Shown piece after piece: positions 10,150 to 20,030 of a DNA stretch of 64,000 nucleotides (its first letter is position 1; each line of letters begins with the position of its first letter). A program made the translations under genes and the position numbers. The stretch is taken from NCBI GenBank assembly GCA_020723285.1, contig DYJE01000019.1, positions 15,074-79,073 on the forward strand. The letters run 5' to 3'. The stretch comes from Desulforapulum autotrophicum (GTDB lineage: Bacteria; Desulfobacterota; Desulfobacteria; Desulfobacterales; Desulfolunaceae). The notes below the pieces were generated by a model, which saw only the letters and a list, made by a program, of their open reading frames with translations, ran no database searches and was not told the origin of the DNA.

Positions 10150-11799
10150 ATGAAACGCTCGCTGTTCATGTTCGTTCTGTTTCTCTTGTCATGGATGTTC
10201 GCCGCACATGTCACAGGGCCGCCCCTGGGATTCGCCGATGAAACCGCCCCCGGCAGAGAATCGGCCCGGAAAAAAGTGGAAGACAAGGCTCACTGGAACA
10301 CCACGGACCATTCCAAGCACAAAGTTCTTCAGCAGGCCTTCAAATCCGGGCCGGAGGTGACAAAAGCCTGCCTCACCTGCCACACCGAGGCCTCTCTCCA
10401 GTTTCACAAGACCATTCACTGGACCTGGATGGACCCCAACTCCACGGAAAAAGAAAAACGGGGCAAAGGCGGGTACGCCATCAACAACTTCTGCATCAAC
10501 ATGCTGAGCAACGAACCCCGGTGCACGTCCTGTCACGCCGGATACGGATGGAAGGACAAGACCTTCGATTTCAAGGACCAAAGCAGGGTGGACTGCCTGG
10601 TCTGTCATGAACAGACAGGGACGTACAAAAAATTCCCCGCCGGAGCCGGTTACCCGGTGGACAAACCCACCCTTTTCCCTGAAAACAACGTGACGTTCAT
10701 GCCCCCGGATTACAACAAGGTGGCCCAGAGTGTGGGCCTTCCCGGACGGAAAAACTGCGGAACCTGCCATTTCTTCGGCGGCGGAGGCGACGGCGTAAAG
10801 CACGGAGATCTGGATTCCTCGCTGTTCAAACCGACCAAATCCCTGGATGTCCATATGGGCCTCGACGGCCGGGATTTTCCCTGCGTGCGCTGCCATTCCA
10901 CAAGCCTTCACAACATCGCGGGGCGCGTCTACTCCACACCGGCGGCCCAGGACCGGGAAAGCCTGGTGGAAAACGACCTGGCGTCGAAAATCACCTGCGA
11001 ATCCTGCCACACCAGCACGCCCCACATGGACAACAAGAAGGCCAACGACCATACGGACAAAGTGGCCTGCCAGAGCTGCCATATCCCGACCTTCGCCAGG
11101 GTGAATCCCACCAAGATGCGCTGGGACTGGAGCAAGGGCGGCAAGCTGAAAGACGGAAAACCCTACGAGGAAATCGGTTCGCTGGGTAAACCGGTCTACA
11201 TCTCGAAAAAAGGGGAAATGGTCTGGGAAAAGAACGTGAAACCCCAATATTTCTGGTACAACGGATCCATCAAGCATCTGACGGTCCGAGACACCATCGA
11301 CCCCACCTCCGTGGTGAACGTCAACGAACCCCTGGGCAGCATGGATGACAAACGGTCGCGGATCTTTCCTTTCAAGGTCCACCAGGGCAAACAACCTTAT
11401 GACAAGGTCAACAAAAATCTGCTGGTGGCCCACCTGTTCCCACGGAATCCCGATGACAAAGCCGCGTACTGGAAAGGTTTCGACTGGCCCAAGGCCATTG
11501 AAACGGGCATGGCCTATGCCGGCATTCCCTATTCGGGGGAATACGATTTTGTGGAAACCACTTACGTCTACCCCACCACCCACATGGTGGCCCCCGCGTC
11601 CCAGGTGGTGTCCTGCCGGGAATGCCATACCCGGACCGACGGCCGCCTGATGCACCTTTCCGGATTCTATATGCCGGGACGGGATCACAACCGGCTGATC
11701 GACGTTTTGGGTTGGGGCATTTTGAGTCTCACCCTGGCTGGCGTGCTTCTCCACGCCCTTGGACGTATCGTGACCCGGACCGCCAAAAAGGAGGATTGA
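10150..11799 (+). CDS. Octahaem c-type cytochrome, tetrathionate-reductase (OTR) family, with C-terminal TM helix
   Basis: Signal peptide and eight CXXCH motifs (CLTCH, CTSCH, CLVCH, CGTCH, CVRCH, CESCH, CQSCH, CRECH). CGTCHFFGGGGDGVKHGD is typical of this family. Confidence 0.8.
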   Translation: MKRSLFMFVLFLLSWMFAAHVTGPPLGFADETAPGRESARKKVEDKAHWNTTDHSKHKVLQQAFKSGPEVTKACLTCHTEASLQFHKTIHWTWMDPNSTEKEKRGKGGYAINNFCINMLSNEPRCTSCHAGYGWKDKTFDFKDQSRVDCLVCHEQTGTYKKFPAGAGYPVDKPTLFPENNVTFMPPDYNKVAQSVGLPGRKNCGTCHFFGGGGDGVKHGDLDSSLFKPTKSLDVHMGLDGRDFPCVRCHSTSLHNIAGRVYSTPAAQDRESLVENDLASKITCESCHTSTPHMDNKKANDHTDKVACQSCHIPTFARVNPTKMRWDWSKGGKLKDGKPYEEIGSLGKPVYISKKGEMVWEKNVKPQYFWYNGSIKHLTVRDTIDPTSVVNVNEPLGSMDDKRSRIFPFKVHQGKQPYDKVNKNLLVAHLFPRNPDDKAAYWKGFDWPKAIETGMAYAGIPYSGEYDFVETTYVYPTTHMVAPASQVVSCRECHTRTDGRLMHLSGFYMPGRDHNRLIDVLGWGILSLTLAGVLLHALGRIVTRTAKKED

Positions 11800-11801
11800 C
11801 C

Positions 11802-12473
11802 ATGAACCATGCAGGAGATTCAATGACCACCACGTATCTCTATACCCGCTACGAACGGCTCTGGCACTGGGCCCAGATGCTGATGATCATGATCCTTCTC
11901 TTCACCGGGTTCGAAATCAAAGGCGTGTACAGCGTCCTCGGCTTTCAGACCGCCGTCAAAATCCACAACATCACGGGCCTCACCTGGCTCTGCTCATTTT
12001 TTCTTTTTATATTCTGGGTGTTTACCACCGGCGAGTGGCGGCAGTACATCCCCACCACGCGGAAAATGATTCAGGTGGCCCGGTATTACGCCATCGGAAT
12101 TTTCAAAGGTGAAAGCCATCCGGTTCCCAAGAAGAAAGACGCCAAACACAACCCCCTTCAGCGTCTGACTTACCTTCTCCTTGCAGCCATCCTTCTGCCC
12201 CTCCAGATGGCCACCGGATTTTTTTACTGGTTCTTCAATTCCTGGGACGCCTGGGGCCTGTCCTTCCTGTCTCTGGGGTTTGTAGCCACGCTCCACCTGA
12301 TTTTCGCCTTCGCCATTCTCCAGTTCGTCATCATCCATGTGTACATGACCACCACAGGCCACACGGTCTTCGCCCACATCAAAGCCATGATCACCGGCTG
12401 GGAAGACATCGAAAAAGGCGTGGACGTGGAAGACTGGGAAAAAGCCGGACGGAACAACCCTGCAAAAAACTGA
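11802..12473 (+). CDS. Membrane b-type cytochrome (Ni/Fe-hydrogenase/thiosulfate-reductase cytochrome b family)
   Basis: RYERLWHWAQ motif and 4-5 TM helices with conserved His. The ATG at 11802 lies just after the OTR stop. Confidence 0.75.
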   Translation: MNHAGDSMTTTYLYTRYERLWHWAQMLMIMILLFTGFEIKGVYSVLGFQTAVKIHNITGLTWLCSFFLFIFWVFTTGEWRQYIPTTRKMIQVARYYAIGIFKGESHPVPKKKDAKHNPLQRLTYLLLAAILLPLQMATGFFYWFFNSWDAWGLSFLSLGFVATLHLIFAFAILQFVIIHVYMTTTGHTVFAHIKAMITGWEDIEKGVDVEDWEKAGRNNPAKN

Positions 12474-12611
12474 TACCTACAAACACTGCCTCCGGCCATT
12501 CCGTTCCGCCGGGGGCTTCCCTTCCATAAAATTTTCCACTAAGCCCACATGAAGATTGATCATTGCTGGTCATGCTGATAAAAAAGCTAAAATGATCTGC
12601 GAGGAAACATC

Positions 12612-12824
12612 ATGGACTTGAACGCCCAAATCATCAAGAAGAACGGAAAGAATGAATTTGTCGTTCTGTCTTACGATGAATTCCAGAAAATACAGGAAGA
12701 ACTGGCATCATACGATGACCTTCGATGCCTCAGAGAGGCCAAAGACGCAGAACGTGACGCACCGACCATTGGTCTTGACGCATTGAAGAAAAGAATATCG
12801 GGGCGAGTCAAAACCAAGGGGTGA
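12612..12824 (+). CDS. Phd/YefM-like antitoxin-type small protein (no cognate toxin gene seen)
   Basis: 70 aa with an N-terminal beta-rich segment and an acidic C-terminus. Followed only by a truncated Fic remnant. Confidence 0.45.
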   Translation: MDLNAQIIKKNGKNEFVVLSYDEFQKIQEELASYDDLRCLREAKDAERDAPTIGLDALKKRISGRVKTKG

Positions 12825-12842
12825 TATTCCTGGACAGGGTCT

Positions 12843-13253
12843 ATGCCCGGCCGGGTCTGTCTTAGCCTGATCTACAAACATCAGGCCGAATATTACAAGG
12901 TTTTGCAAACGAGCACGGACAGTGCTGATTCATCCCCTTTCATCTCATTCATGCTGCGGATGTTCCTCGAAGCCGTCAAGGGACCGACCCCGGAAGTCAC
13001 CCCGGAGGCCACCCCGGAAGTCCGACTGCTCGCCGCATGCAGAGGCGAGATGACACGCGGCCAGCTCAAAAATGCCCTGGGCCTGAAAGACGATGAACAT
13101 TTCCGAAAAGCGTATCTGCGGCCTGCCCTTGAAGCCGGAAGGATTGAAATGACCGCCCCGGACAAGCCCACAAGCAGCCGCCAGAAATACCGGCTCACCG
13201 CCAAAGGGCGAATAATACTGGCCAAGGCCGGTTTACTTGAACGGCGGCCATGA
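12843..13253 (+). pseudogene. 3' remnant of a Fic-family protein gene (the Fic motif region is missing)
   Basis: The AEYYKVLQ...SSPFISFML segment and a C-terminal winged-helix-like tail are typical of long Fic proteins. No HPFxxGNGR core and no proper start are present. Confidence 0.55.
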
Positions 13254-13408
13254 AAGGCGCTGTCTTATTATGAATGTGTGATCTTTTCCTCCGGCGGCCC
13301 TTCCGGGGGTTAGATCCTCCTGGCTGGGACAAGCTTTAAAAATCTGGACAAATGGGTTTTGGAGGATGACCCGCCGTTCGTCCTATTCATATTCGTTGCC
13401 CCCGGCAG

Positions 13409-13703
13409 GGCCAATGCTGTTGACTTAAAAGATGGGCACGGCTTTGCCTTTGCCCATCGGGCTACGGGCTAAAGAGAATAATTGCCCCGACGGGGCTGCA
13501 TCATAAAGCCCAGGGTTGCGGCGAAAGCCGCTACCCTGGGACATTTCAGATGATAATTTTCAACCCCAAAGGGGTTGCGTAACATTCCCTTGAATTGCCC
13601 ATATCCAGACACAACCCCTCTGGGGTTGAGGTGGTTCGTCGGTGATCCCAGGGTAGCGGCGTTGCCGCAACCCTGGGCTATGATACGGAATCCCGCTGGG
13701 ATT
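13409..13703. repeat. REP-type hairpin cluster
   Basis: GATGGGCACGGCTTTGCCTTTGCCCATC, two CCCAGGGT...ACCCTGGG palindromes, CAACCCCAAAGGGGTTG and AATCCCGCTGGGATT. These are the same families as at 1818-2991. Confidence 0.8.
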
Positions 13704-13822
13704 CGATGCGGATTGTATACTATTTAAAGCTTTAACCTGACGGCTATGCCCGGCAGGCCTCCGGAGACATAAAGATCCGTTAGTTTCCGGATAACGCCAA
13801 CCCCAAAAGAAAGGATTCAAAC

Positions 13823-14410
13823 ATGGCAACCCCCCTCGAACGTAACGGCATCAAAGCCCTTCCAGTCATGTCCTATGACCAGCTGAGATCCACCCTGAAA
13901 TCCGGAGACCTGATGTTTACCTCGGGCGAACACATCATTTCCAAGGCCATTCAGAAAGTGACGAACAGCCCCTGGAGCCATGTGGGCATCGTTTTCAAAA
14001 TCGAGTCCATCGACCGTCTGTTGCTGCTGGAAAGCGTGGAGGACATGGGCGTCCGTTTCGCGCCCCTGTCCAAATACCTGAACGACTACGACAAGGGCAA
14101 ACCCTACAAGGGGCTCATCGTCCTTGCCCGGTGCAGGGACATGAGCGACGACATCGTAAAAGGGCTTTCGAAATTCGGCATCAGCGAGCTCACCCAGCCC
14201 TACGACAAGGATGAAATCGCAAAAATCCTGGCCCGTGTCACCTTAGGGATCGGCAAAAAGGAAAAAGACCGGGAATACATCTGCTCCGAACTGGTTCACG
14301 AATGCTTCGCCAGCGCGGGACGGCCTTTCACCTACAACCCCAGAGGATTCATCAGTCCCCAGGACATCTGGGCCGATGCGGGAGTGTCTCTGGTGGGGCG
14401 GATTCTGTAA
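13823..14410 (+). CDS. YiiX/permuted papain-like (NlpC/P60 superfamily) hydrolase
   Basis: WSHVGIV His region followed by EYICSELV Cys region, which is the permuted catalytic order. Confidence 0.6.
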   Translation: MATPLERNGIKALPVMSYDQLRSTLKSGDLMFTSGEHIISKAIQKVTNSPWSHVGIVFKIESIDRLLLLESVEDMGVRFAPLSKYLNDYDKGKPYKGLIVLARCRDMSDDIVKGLSKFGISELTQPYDKDEIAKILARVTLGIGKKEKDREYICSELVHECFASAGRPFTYNPRGFISPQDIWADAGVSLVGRIL

Positions 14411-14529
14411 AGGCGTGGACATGCGTTGAACAACAAACGTCGAATGTTTGAAGGATCACCGCCAAGACAAAGCTGGTGGGTGATCCTTTTTGAGGGCTTG
14501 ACGTTCCCCCGCCCCTGGTTCAGCCCATC

Positions 14530-14696
14530 GTAGGTCGGCTTCTCGGCACGAAAGCCGACAAATGACCCCATCCTTATCATGCGACGCTCGTCCATCCGTT
14601 ATTCAACGGTCATGATAACAATACCAACGTTGAAAAACGTCCGCCTGATTAATTTAAGGATCGGATCTTTTGTCGGGTTTGAAGAACCCGACCTAC
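14530..14696. mobile_element. MITE-like element (GTAGGTCGG family), copy 1
   Basis: Imperfect terminal inverted repeats of about 38 bp: GTAGGTCGGCTTCTCGGCACGAAAGCCGACAAATGA and TCTTTTGTCGGGTTTGAAGAACCCGACCTAC. Each arm contains its own hairpin, and there is no coding capacity. Confidence 0.65.
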
Positions 14697-14795
14697 GAGA
14701 GTCATGCCATGAAAAAACCGCTTCAAATATTCCGCCGATCAGAGTAGAATCGCCGGACGTATCTAAAAATATTCAATCCCGGAGGAGATTCCGTT

Positions 14796-17723
14796 ATGCG
14801 CATACTCAAACGTCTGGCCATCACTTTTGCCGTTCTTTTCGTCCTCACCGGCGTCGTGGGTTTTTTCATTTTTCCCTACGCCCTCAAAGCCATCGTCATG
14901 TCCAAGGGGTCCGAAGCCCTGAACCGGAAACTGACCGTTGAAAAAATCGACATCAACCCCTACACCCTGACGGTGAAAATCACCGGATTTTCATTGAGCG
15001 AACCGTCGGGCAAAGAGACCTTCGTGTCTTTCAAGGAGCTGTTCGTCAACATCAACGGCAGCTACTCTCTGGCCAAACGGGCCCTGATTCTCGAAGCCGT
15101 CAGCCTGGACGGCCTCTACGCGGGGATCACCATGAACCCGGACAAAACCTTCAACTTTTCAGACCTGATCAAAGAAAAGAAAGAGCCCGACCCCAACGAG
15201 GAACCGTTCCATTTTTCCGTGAGCAACATCAGCCTGACCCACGGGGCCCTGGATTTCAGAGACGAGACTGTGGGGAAAAAGCATGAAATCAAGAACATCC
15301 TCCTTTCCGTTCCCTTCGTGTCCAACATCGACCACGACGTGCAGAGCTACGTGCAGCCCGCCTTTTCCGCCACGGTGAACGGCCATGATTTCGCCCTGGA
15401 AGGCAAGACCAAACCCTTTGCCAACTCCAAAACCACGTCGCTCGCCGTCAGTTTGAAAGACGTGGACATCCCCTCGTACATGAAATACGTCCCCGTAAAG
15501 CTGAACGGCGAACTGGCGTCGGCCCGGCTGGATCTTCAGCTCAAACTGGACTTTGTCATGGAAAACGACAAATCCCCGGCGTTGACTCTTTCGGGTGATG
15601 TGGGCCTCCGTGACACGGTGATCAAGGACAGCCGGAAAAACACCGTGTTCGCCCTGCCCTCCCTCAGCGTGGCCCTGGCCGAAAGCGAACCCCTGAAATC
15701 CGATCTCCACTTTTCGAAAATCGCCCTCTCCCGCCCCGTGGTGGTGGTGGACCGCACCAAAAAAGGGGAGCTGAACCTCCTGGGTCTTCTTCCCAAACAG
15801 ACCGGAAATAAATCGCCGGAAAAGAAAGCCGACGAAAAACCGTCCGGCAAAGACAAACAGCCCCTGAACCTTAAAATCGATGAATGCATCCTCGAAGATG
15901 CGGATATCGCTTTCACCGACGCCGTGCCCAGGGAAAAAGCCAGCCTCAGGGTCTCACCCCTCACGGTGAAAGTCACCGGTTTCTCCAACCAAAAAGAGTC
16001 CAGAGCCGAGGTGGCTGTGGACATCACCCTGAACAAGAAAGGCCGGGTCAGCGTCAAAGGCCCCGTGGGTCTTGACCCGCTCAAGGCCAATCTGGACCTC
16101 GATGTGAAAGACATCGCCATCCGGGCGTTCCAGCCCTATTTCACCGACCAGATCAAAATCGACGTGACCAAGGGAGCCGTGGGGACCCAAGGATCGTTCA
16201 GCCTTGCCATGGACAAGGCCGGAAAGCCCACGGTCACCTACGACGGCCAGATCGCCGTGTCCAACCTCGCCACCATCGACAAGGCCCGGTCCAACGATTT
16301 CATCAAATGGCGGCAACTGTTCTTCGACCGCATAAGAACCGGTTTCAATCCCTTTTTCCTCGACATCAAGGGCATTTCCCTCACCGACTACTACGCCAAG
16401 CTGGTGGTGAACAACGACGGCAGCATGAACGTGTCGGATATTTTCGGCGATCCCAAAGGCAGCGGTAAAAAGAAACCCGCGCCGAAACCGGACCCCGCAC
16501 CGAAAAAGAAAGGCACCTCGCCCGACGCCCTGAAAGACATCCGCATCGGCAAGGTCAGTTTCCAGGGCGGCACGGTGGATTTCGCCGACAACAAAATCGA
16601 ACCGCACTACTCGGTGACCCTGAAAAAACTCACCGGCAGCGTCACCGGGCTTTCCTCCCAGGAAATCTCACGGGCGAAAGTGGATCTGCGGGGCAACCTG
16701 GGGTATGGATCACCGGTGCTCATCGCCGGGCGAATCAACCCCCTCACCACCGACCTGTTCCTGGATTTGATGGTGAAATTCAAGGATATCGAGCTGAGCC
16801 CGGCCACACCCTACACCAGCACCTTCATCGGCTATCCCGTTTCCAAAGGGAAGCTGGACCTCAACGTCAGCTACCTCATCGACAAGCGCAACCTCAAGGC
16901 TGAAAACAAAATCCAGTTCAACCAGCTGACCTTCGGCGACAAGGTGGAAAGCGAAAAAGCCATCAACGCCCCGGTGAAGCTGGCGGTGGCCCTTCTGACG
17001 GACCGGAACGGCCAGATCAACCTGGACGTGCCCATCACCGGAAGCCTGGACGATCCGAAATTCAAGATCTGGCCTGTGGTGTGGCAGGTTCTTAAAAACC
17101 TCATCATGAAAGCCGTGACCGCGCCCTTCGCCCTCCTCGCCTCCCTGGGGGCCGATGAGGAAACCTCGTTCGTGGAATTCGATTACGGCAGCGCCACCGC
17201 TCCCGAATCGGCCCTCAAAAAGGTCGAAGCCGTATCCAAAGCCCTGTACGACAGGCCCAACCTCAACATGGACATCGAGCCCCATGTGGATCTGGAAAAA
17301 GACAAGGAAGGCCTGAAAGACGTTGAAATGCTCAACCGGGTCAAAGCCCGGAAACTGAAAGCGACCCTCGCCAAAGGCGGTCCCGCCCTTTCCCTGGATC
17401 AGGTGTCGGTCTCCGACGAGGAATACCTGGGCTTCCTCACCCAGGCCTACAACGCCGAAAACTTCCCCAAACCCCGGACAGCCGACGGCAAAGTGAAAAT
17501 CCTGACCCGGGAAGAAATGGAAAAACTGATGCTGGCAAACATCGACGTGGGTGAAAGCGACCTCCGCCAGCTGGCCGCCCGGAGAGCCGAAGCGGTGAAG
17601 GAACTGTTCCTCAAATCCGGGCAGGTGGACGGAGGACGTCTTTTCGTGGTGGAACCCCAGACCCTGGCTCCTGAAAAAAATGAAAAACTCAAAGACAGCC
17701 GGGTGAATTTCATTCTCAAATAA
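14796..17723 (+). CDS. DUF748-domain (AsmA-like) large membrane-anchored protein
   Basis: N-terminal TM helix and a 975-aa repetitive beta-rich sequence that I recognise as typical of DUF748 proteins. Confidence 0.65.
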   Translation: MRILKRLAITFAVLFVLTGVVGFFIFPYALKAIVMSKGSEALNRKLTVEKIDINPYTLTVKITGFSLSEPSGKETFVSFKELFVNINGSYSLAKRALILEAVSLDGLYAGITMNPDKTFNFSDLIKEKKEPDPNEEPFHFSVSNISLTHGALDFRDETVGKKHEIKNILLSVPFVSNIDHDVQSYVQPAFSATVNGHDFALEGKTKPFANSKTTSLAVSLKDVDIPSYMKYVPVKLNGELASARLDLQLKLDFVMENDKSPALTLSGDVGLRDTVIKDSRKNTVFALPSLSVALAESEPLKSDLHFSKIALSRPVVVVDRTKKGELNLLGLLPKQTGNKSPEKKADEKPSGKDKQPLNLKIDECILEDADIAFTDAVPREKASLRVSPLTVKVTGFSNQKESRAEVAVDITLNKKGRVSVKGPVGLDPLKANLDLDVKDIAIRAFQPYFTDQIKIDVTKGAVGTQGSFSLAMDKAGKPTVTYDGQIAVSNLATIDKARSNDFIKWRQLFFDRIRTGFNPFFLDIKGISLTDYYAKLVVNNDGSMNVSDIFGDPKGSGKKKPAPKPDPAPKKKGTSPDALKDIRIGKVSFQGGTVDFADNKIEPHYSVTLKKLTGSVTGLSSQEISRAKVDLRGNLGYGSPVLIAGRINPLTTDLFLDLMVKFKDIELSPATPYTSTFIGYPVSKGKLDLNVSYLIDKRNLKAENKIQFNQLTFGDKVESEKAINAPVKLAVALLTDRNGQINLDVPITGSLDDPKFKIWPVVWQVLKNLIMKAVTAPFALLASLGADEETSFVEFDYGSATAPESALKKVEAVSKALYDRPNLNMDIEPHVDLEKDKEGLKDVEMLNRVKARKLKATLAKGGPALSLDQVSVSDEEYLGFLTQAYNAENFPKPRTADGKVKILTREEMEKLMLANIDVGESDLRQLAARRAEAVKELFLKSGQVDGGRLFVVEPQTLAPEKNEKLKDSRVNFILK

Positions 17724-17732
17724 GGCGATTCC

Positions 17733-19127
17733 ATGACCTGTATCCATGATGACAAGACCGTTTCGGAAAGCCTTCGCTCACCCACCCTTCCCGAAGATTT
17801 CTTCCGAAGGTGGTTTTCATCCCTGCCCAAGCCGGTGATGATTTTTGAAGAGAAAAGCATGGCCGTCATCGACGTCAATGACGCGGCCCTCAAACTCTAC
17901 GGGTACAGCCGTGAGGAAATGCTCAACTTGACGGCCCTTGACATCTCCATTGAAGGGGACGCCACTCGCCGATGCTTCCGCCAGACGGTGGCCGGTGATC
18001 TTGACGAGATTCCCTTTCGCTACCATAAAAAAAAGGATGGCACGGTTTTCCCGGTGGAAGTCATTCCCACGGCCATTCCTTATCAGAACCGGACAATCGT
18101 GTGTGGGCTGGTCAAAGACATCTCGGAACGTATGAAGATGGAGGACATTCGTTTCCGCAGTTCCATCCTGAAAACGTCTCGTTTCGGAGACATCATCGGC
18201 CAAAGTCAGGCCATGCTCGATGTTTACGCGACCCTCCTTAAAGCATCCATGTCGGATGTCAGCGTGATTCTCTACGGGGAATCGGGGACGGGAAAAGAAC
18301 TGGCGGCCCGGGCCATTCATGATTTGAGCGACCGGAAGGACAAGCCCTTCATCACCGTGAACTGCGGGGCCATTCCCCAGGATCTGATCGAGAGCGAATT
18401 TTTCGGTCACCGCAAAGGGGCGTTCACCGGAGCTTTTGCCGATAAAATGGGATATCTCGACTGCGCGGACGGAGGCACCCTGTTTCTCGACGAAATCGGC
18501 GACATTTCCCAAAACATGCAGGTCAAGCTTCTTCGCGCCCTGGATGAAGGCGGATACACTCCGATCGGCGGAAAAGACATCAAACGCCCGGACCTTCGGA
18601 TCATTTCAGCCACAAACAAGGATTTGAGGCAAAAAATCCGGCAAGGACTTTTCCGTGAGGATTTTTTTTACAGAATTCACATTCTCTCCATCCAGATGCC
18701 CCCCTTGAGAAAACGTGAGGGGGATGTAGGGCTTCTGGCCCGGCATTTTCTACACCATTTTACCCATGGAGATTCCATCGCCATTCCAGCCCATGTGCTG
18801 AAAGCCATGGAAACTCACAGCTGGCCCGGCAACGTCCGGGAGTTGAAAAATGTGGTCCAGCGGTTTGTGGCCCTTGCGAACAAGACCCCGGAAGGACAGA
18901 TGATCCCCCTTCTTGAACTGTCCGACAACACGGACTCCGGTGTGAGTGAATCCTCGCCCCTGCCACAAAAAACCCAGGCCCTGAACGGAGTCCTTGAACA
19001 ACATGAAATGGACCACATCCGGCAGGTTCTTGAAAAAGAGCACTGGCATCAGGGAAATGCGGCGGGTGTTCTGGGCATTCACCCCAAAACCCTGGCCCGG
19101 AAGATGCGGCGGTTCGGTCTGGCCTGA
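17733..19127 (+). CDS. Sigma-54-dependent transcriptional activator with PAS domain
   Basis: GESGTGKE, GAFTGA, ESELFGH-like EFFGHRKGAFTGA and a C-terminal Fis HTH. Confidence 0.85.
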   Translation: MTCIHDDKTVSESLRSPTLPEDFFRRWFSSLPKPVMIFEEKSMAVIDVNDAALKLYGYSREEMLNLTALDISIEGDATRRCFRQTVAGDLDEIPFRYHKKKDGTVFPVEVIPTAIPYQNRTIVCGLVKDISERMKMEDIRFRSSILKTSRFGDIIGQSQAMLDVYATLLKASMSDVSVILYGESGTGKELAARAIHDLSDRKDKPFITVNCGAIPQDLIESEFFGHRKGAFTGAFADKMGYLDCADGGTLFLDEIGDISQNMQVKLLRALDEGGYTPIGGKDIKRPDLRIISATNKDLRQKIRQGLFREDFFYRIHILSIQMPPLRKREGDVGLLARHFLHHFTHGDSIAIPAHVLKAMETHSWPGNVRELKNVVQRFVALANKTPEGQMIPLLELSDNTDSGVSESSPLPQKTQALNGVLEQHEMDHIRQVLEKEHWHQGNAAGVLGIHPKTLARKMRRFGLA

Positions 19128-19192
19128 GCCCCAATGTTGTTGGTTTAAGGGTGTTTGTTTCTGATGGGTACGTTGATTGATGGGCGCTGATT

Positions 19193-19267
19193 GATGGGCA
19201 CGCTGACGCTTTGCCCATCCTACAGGGCTGTTGCCGTAGGATGGGCAAAGGCAAAGCCGTGCCCATC
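19193..19267. repeat. Nested REP-type hairpin (GATGGGCA family), possible terminator of the activator gene
   Basis: Outer stem GATGGGCACG/CGTGCCCATC and inner 15-bp perfect stem CTTTGCCCATCCTAC/GTAGGATGGGCAAAG. The flank is an inverted copy of 13409-13458. Confidence 0.7.
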
Positions 19268-19485
19268 GCTTAAGCCGACAGCATTGGGCCTGCGCCCCTG
19301 AGCCCTTCTTGCCGAGGGAATCCGAACGCTCCCAAAAAGGACATTTGGATTCCGGGCATTATTTGATATTATTTCAGAATATTATAAAAAATCATCGCTG
19401 CTTTTTATGGTATCATGGGACAAAACGGTTCCGCCTGATCCAGGCCGTCCCGCCACGAGCCCTGATCAGCGTCAAACACCGTGAC

Positions 19486-19501
19486 TGGCTCACAACTTGC
19501 A
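19486..19501 (+). promoter_or_regulatory. Sigma-54 promoter TGGCTCACAACTTGCA
   Basis: Matches TGGCAC-N5-TTGCA at 10 of the 11 fixed positions. It lies 62 nt upstream of the 19563 start and directly downstream of a sigma-54 activator gene. Confidence 0.7.
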
Positions 19502-19562
19502 CTCATCATGACCGGACAGCTCACTGACCCATACCTTACACATCACCACAACAGGCGCAACC

Positions 19563-19928
19563 GTGAACATCCTTATGGTACAAAACGACATCGTCGAGGC
19601 GGAAGGCGTAGCGGACATGATCCGTCTGTGGGGGCATGACGTTGATGTGGTTCAGCCCGGCAGCCAGATGCACGGCCTGATGCAGAAAACCGATTACGCC
19701 GTGGTTCTGATGGACATTGAATTTCCGGTTTTTCTGTCGTGCCATACGGTCTCCGAACTGAAGCACCTCAGGCCGGAGGTCAAAATCATCACCCTCACGG
19801 CCCTTACTTCCCCCGAATCCGAAACCCTGATACGAAGTTTAGGCATCATCTACTATCTGTCGAAACCGTTTGAGCCGGACGAGCTGAAAACCGTCCTGAG
19901 TCATATCGCCGATCCGGACAAACCTTAG
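19563..19928 (+). CDS. Single-domain response-regulator receiver (partly degenerate acidic pocket)
   Basis: LMDIEFP Asp, TLTA Thr and SKPF Lys are conserved. The N-terminal DD pair is replaced by ND. GTG start. Confidence 0.6.
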   Translation: MNILMVQNDIVEAEGVADMIRLWGHDVDVVQPGSQMHGLMQKTDYAVVLMDIEFPVFLSCHTVSELKHLRPEVKIITLTALTSPESETLIRSLGIIYYLSKPFEPDELKTVLSHIADPDKP

Positions 19929-20030
19929 TCCGGAACCCTGTTGCAGCGCAAACATAAACCGGGCGTCATCGCATAAACCCGGTCTGATTCACCGTTTATT
20001 CGATATCATCATTCACCTGGAGGACAATTT

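Noticed and set aside
10189-11823. A 544-aa ORF antisense to the octahaem cytochrome gene. Similar long antisense ORFs occur at 20871-22361, 27092-29368, 59607-60908, 61604-63418, 16710-17747 and 3999-4727.
   Set aside because: These are shadow ORFs typical of GC-rich DNA. Their translations are low-complexity (rich in G/R/H/V/P) with no recognisable motifs, whereas the opposite strand encodes proteins with clear domain signatures and RBSs.
12822-12824. The TGA between the antitoxin-like ORF and the in-frame Fic remnant, considered as a possible Sec codon.
   Set aside because: The two halves belong to unrelated protein families. The Fic part lacks its catalytic core, and no redox motif or convincing hairpin follows. 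An ordinary stop next to a gene remnant is the simpler reading.
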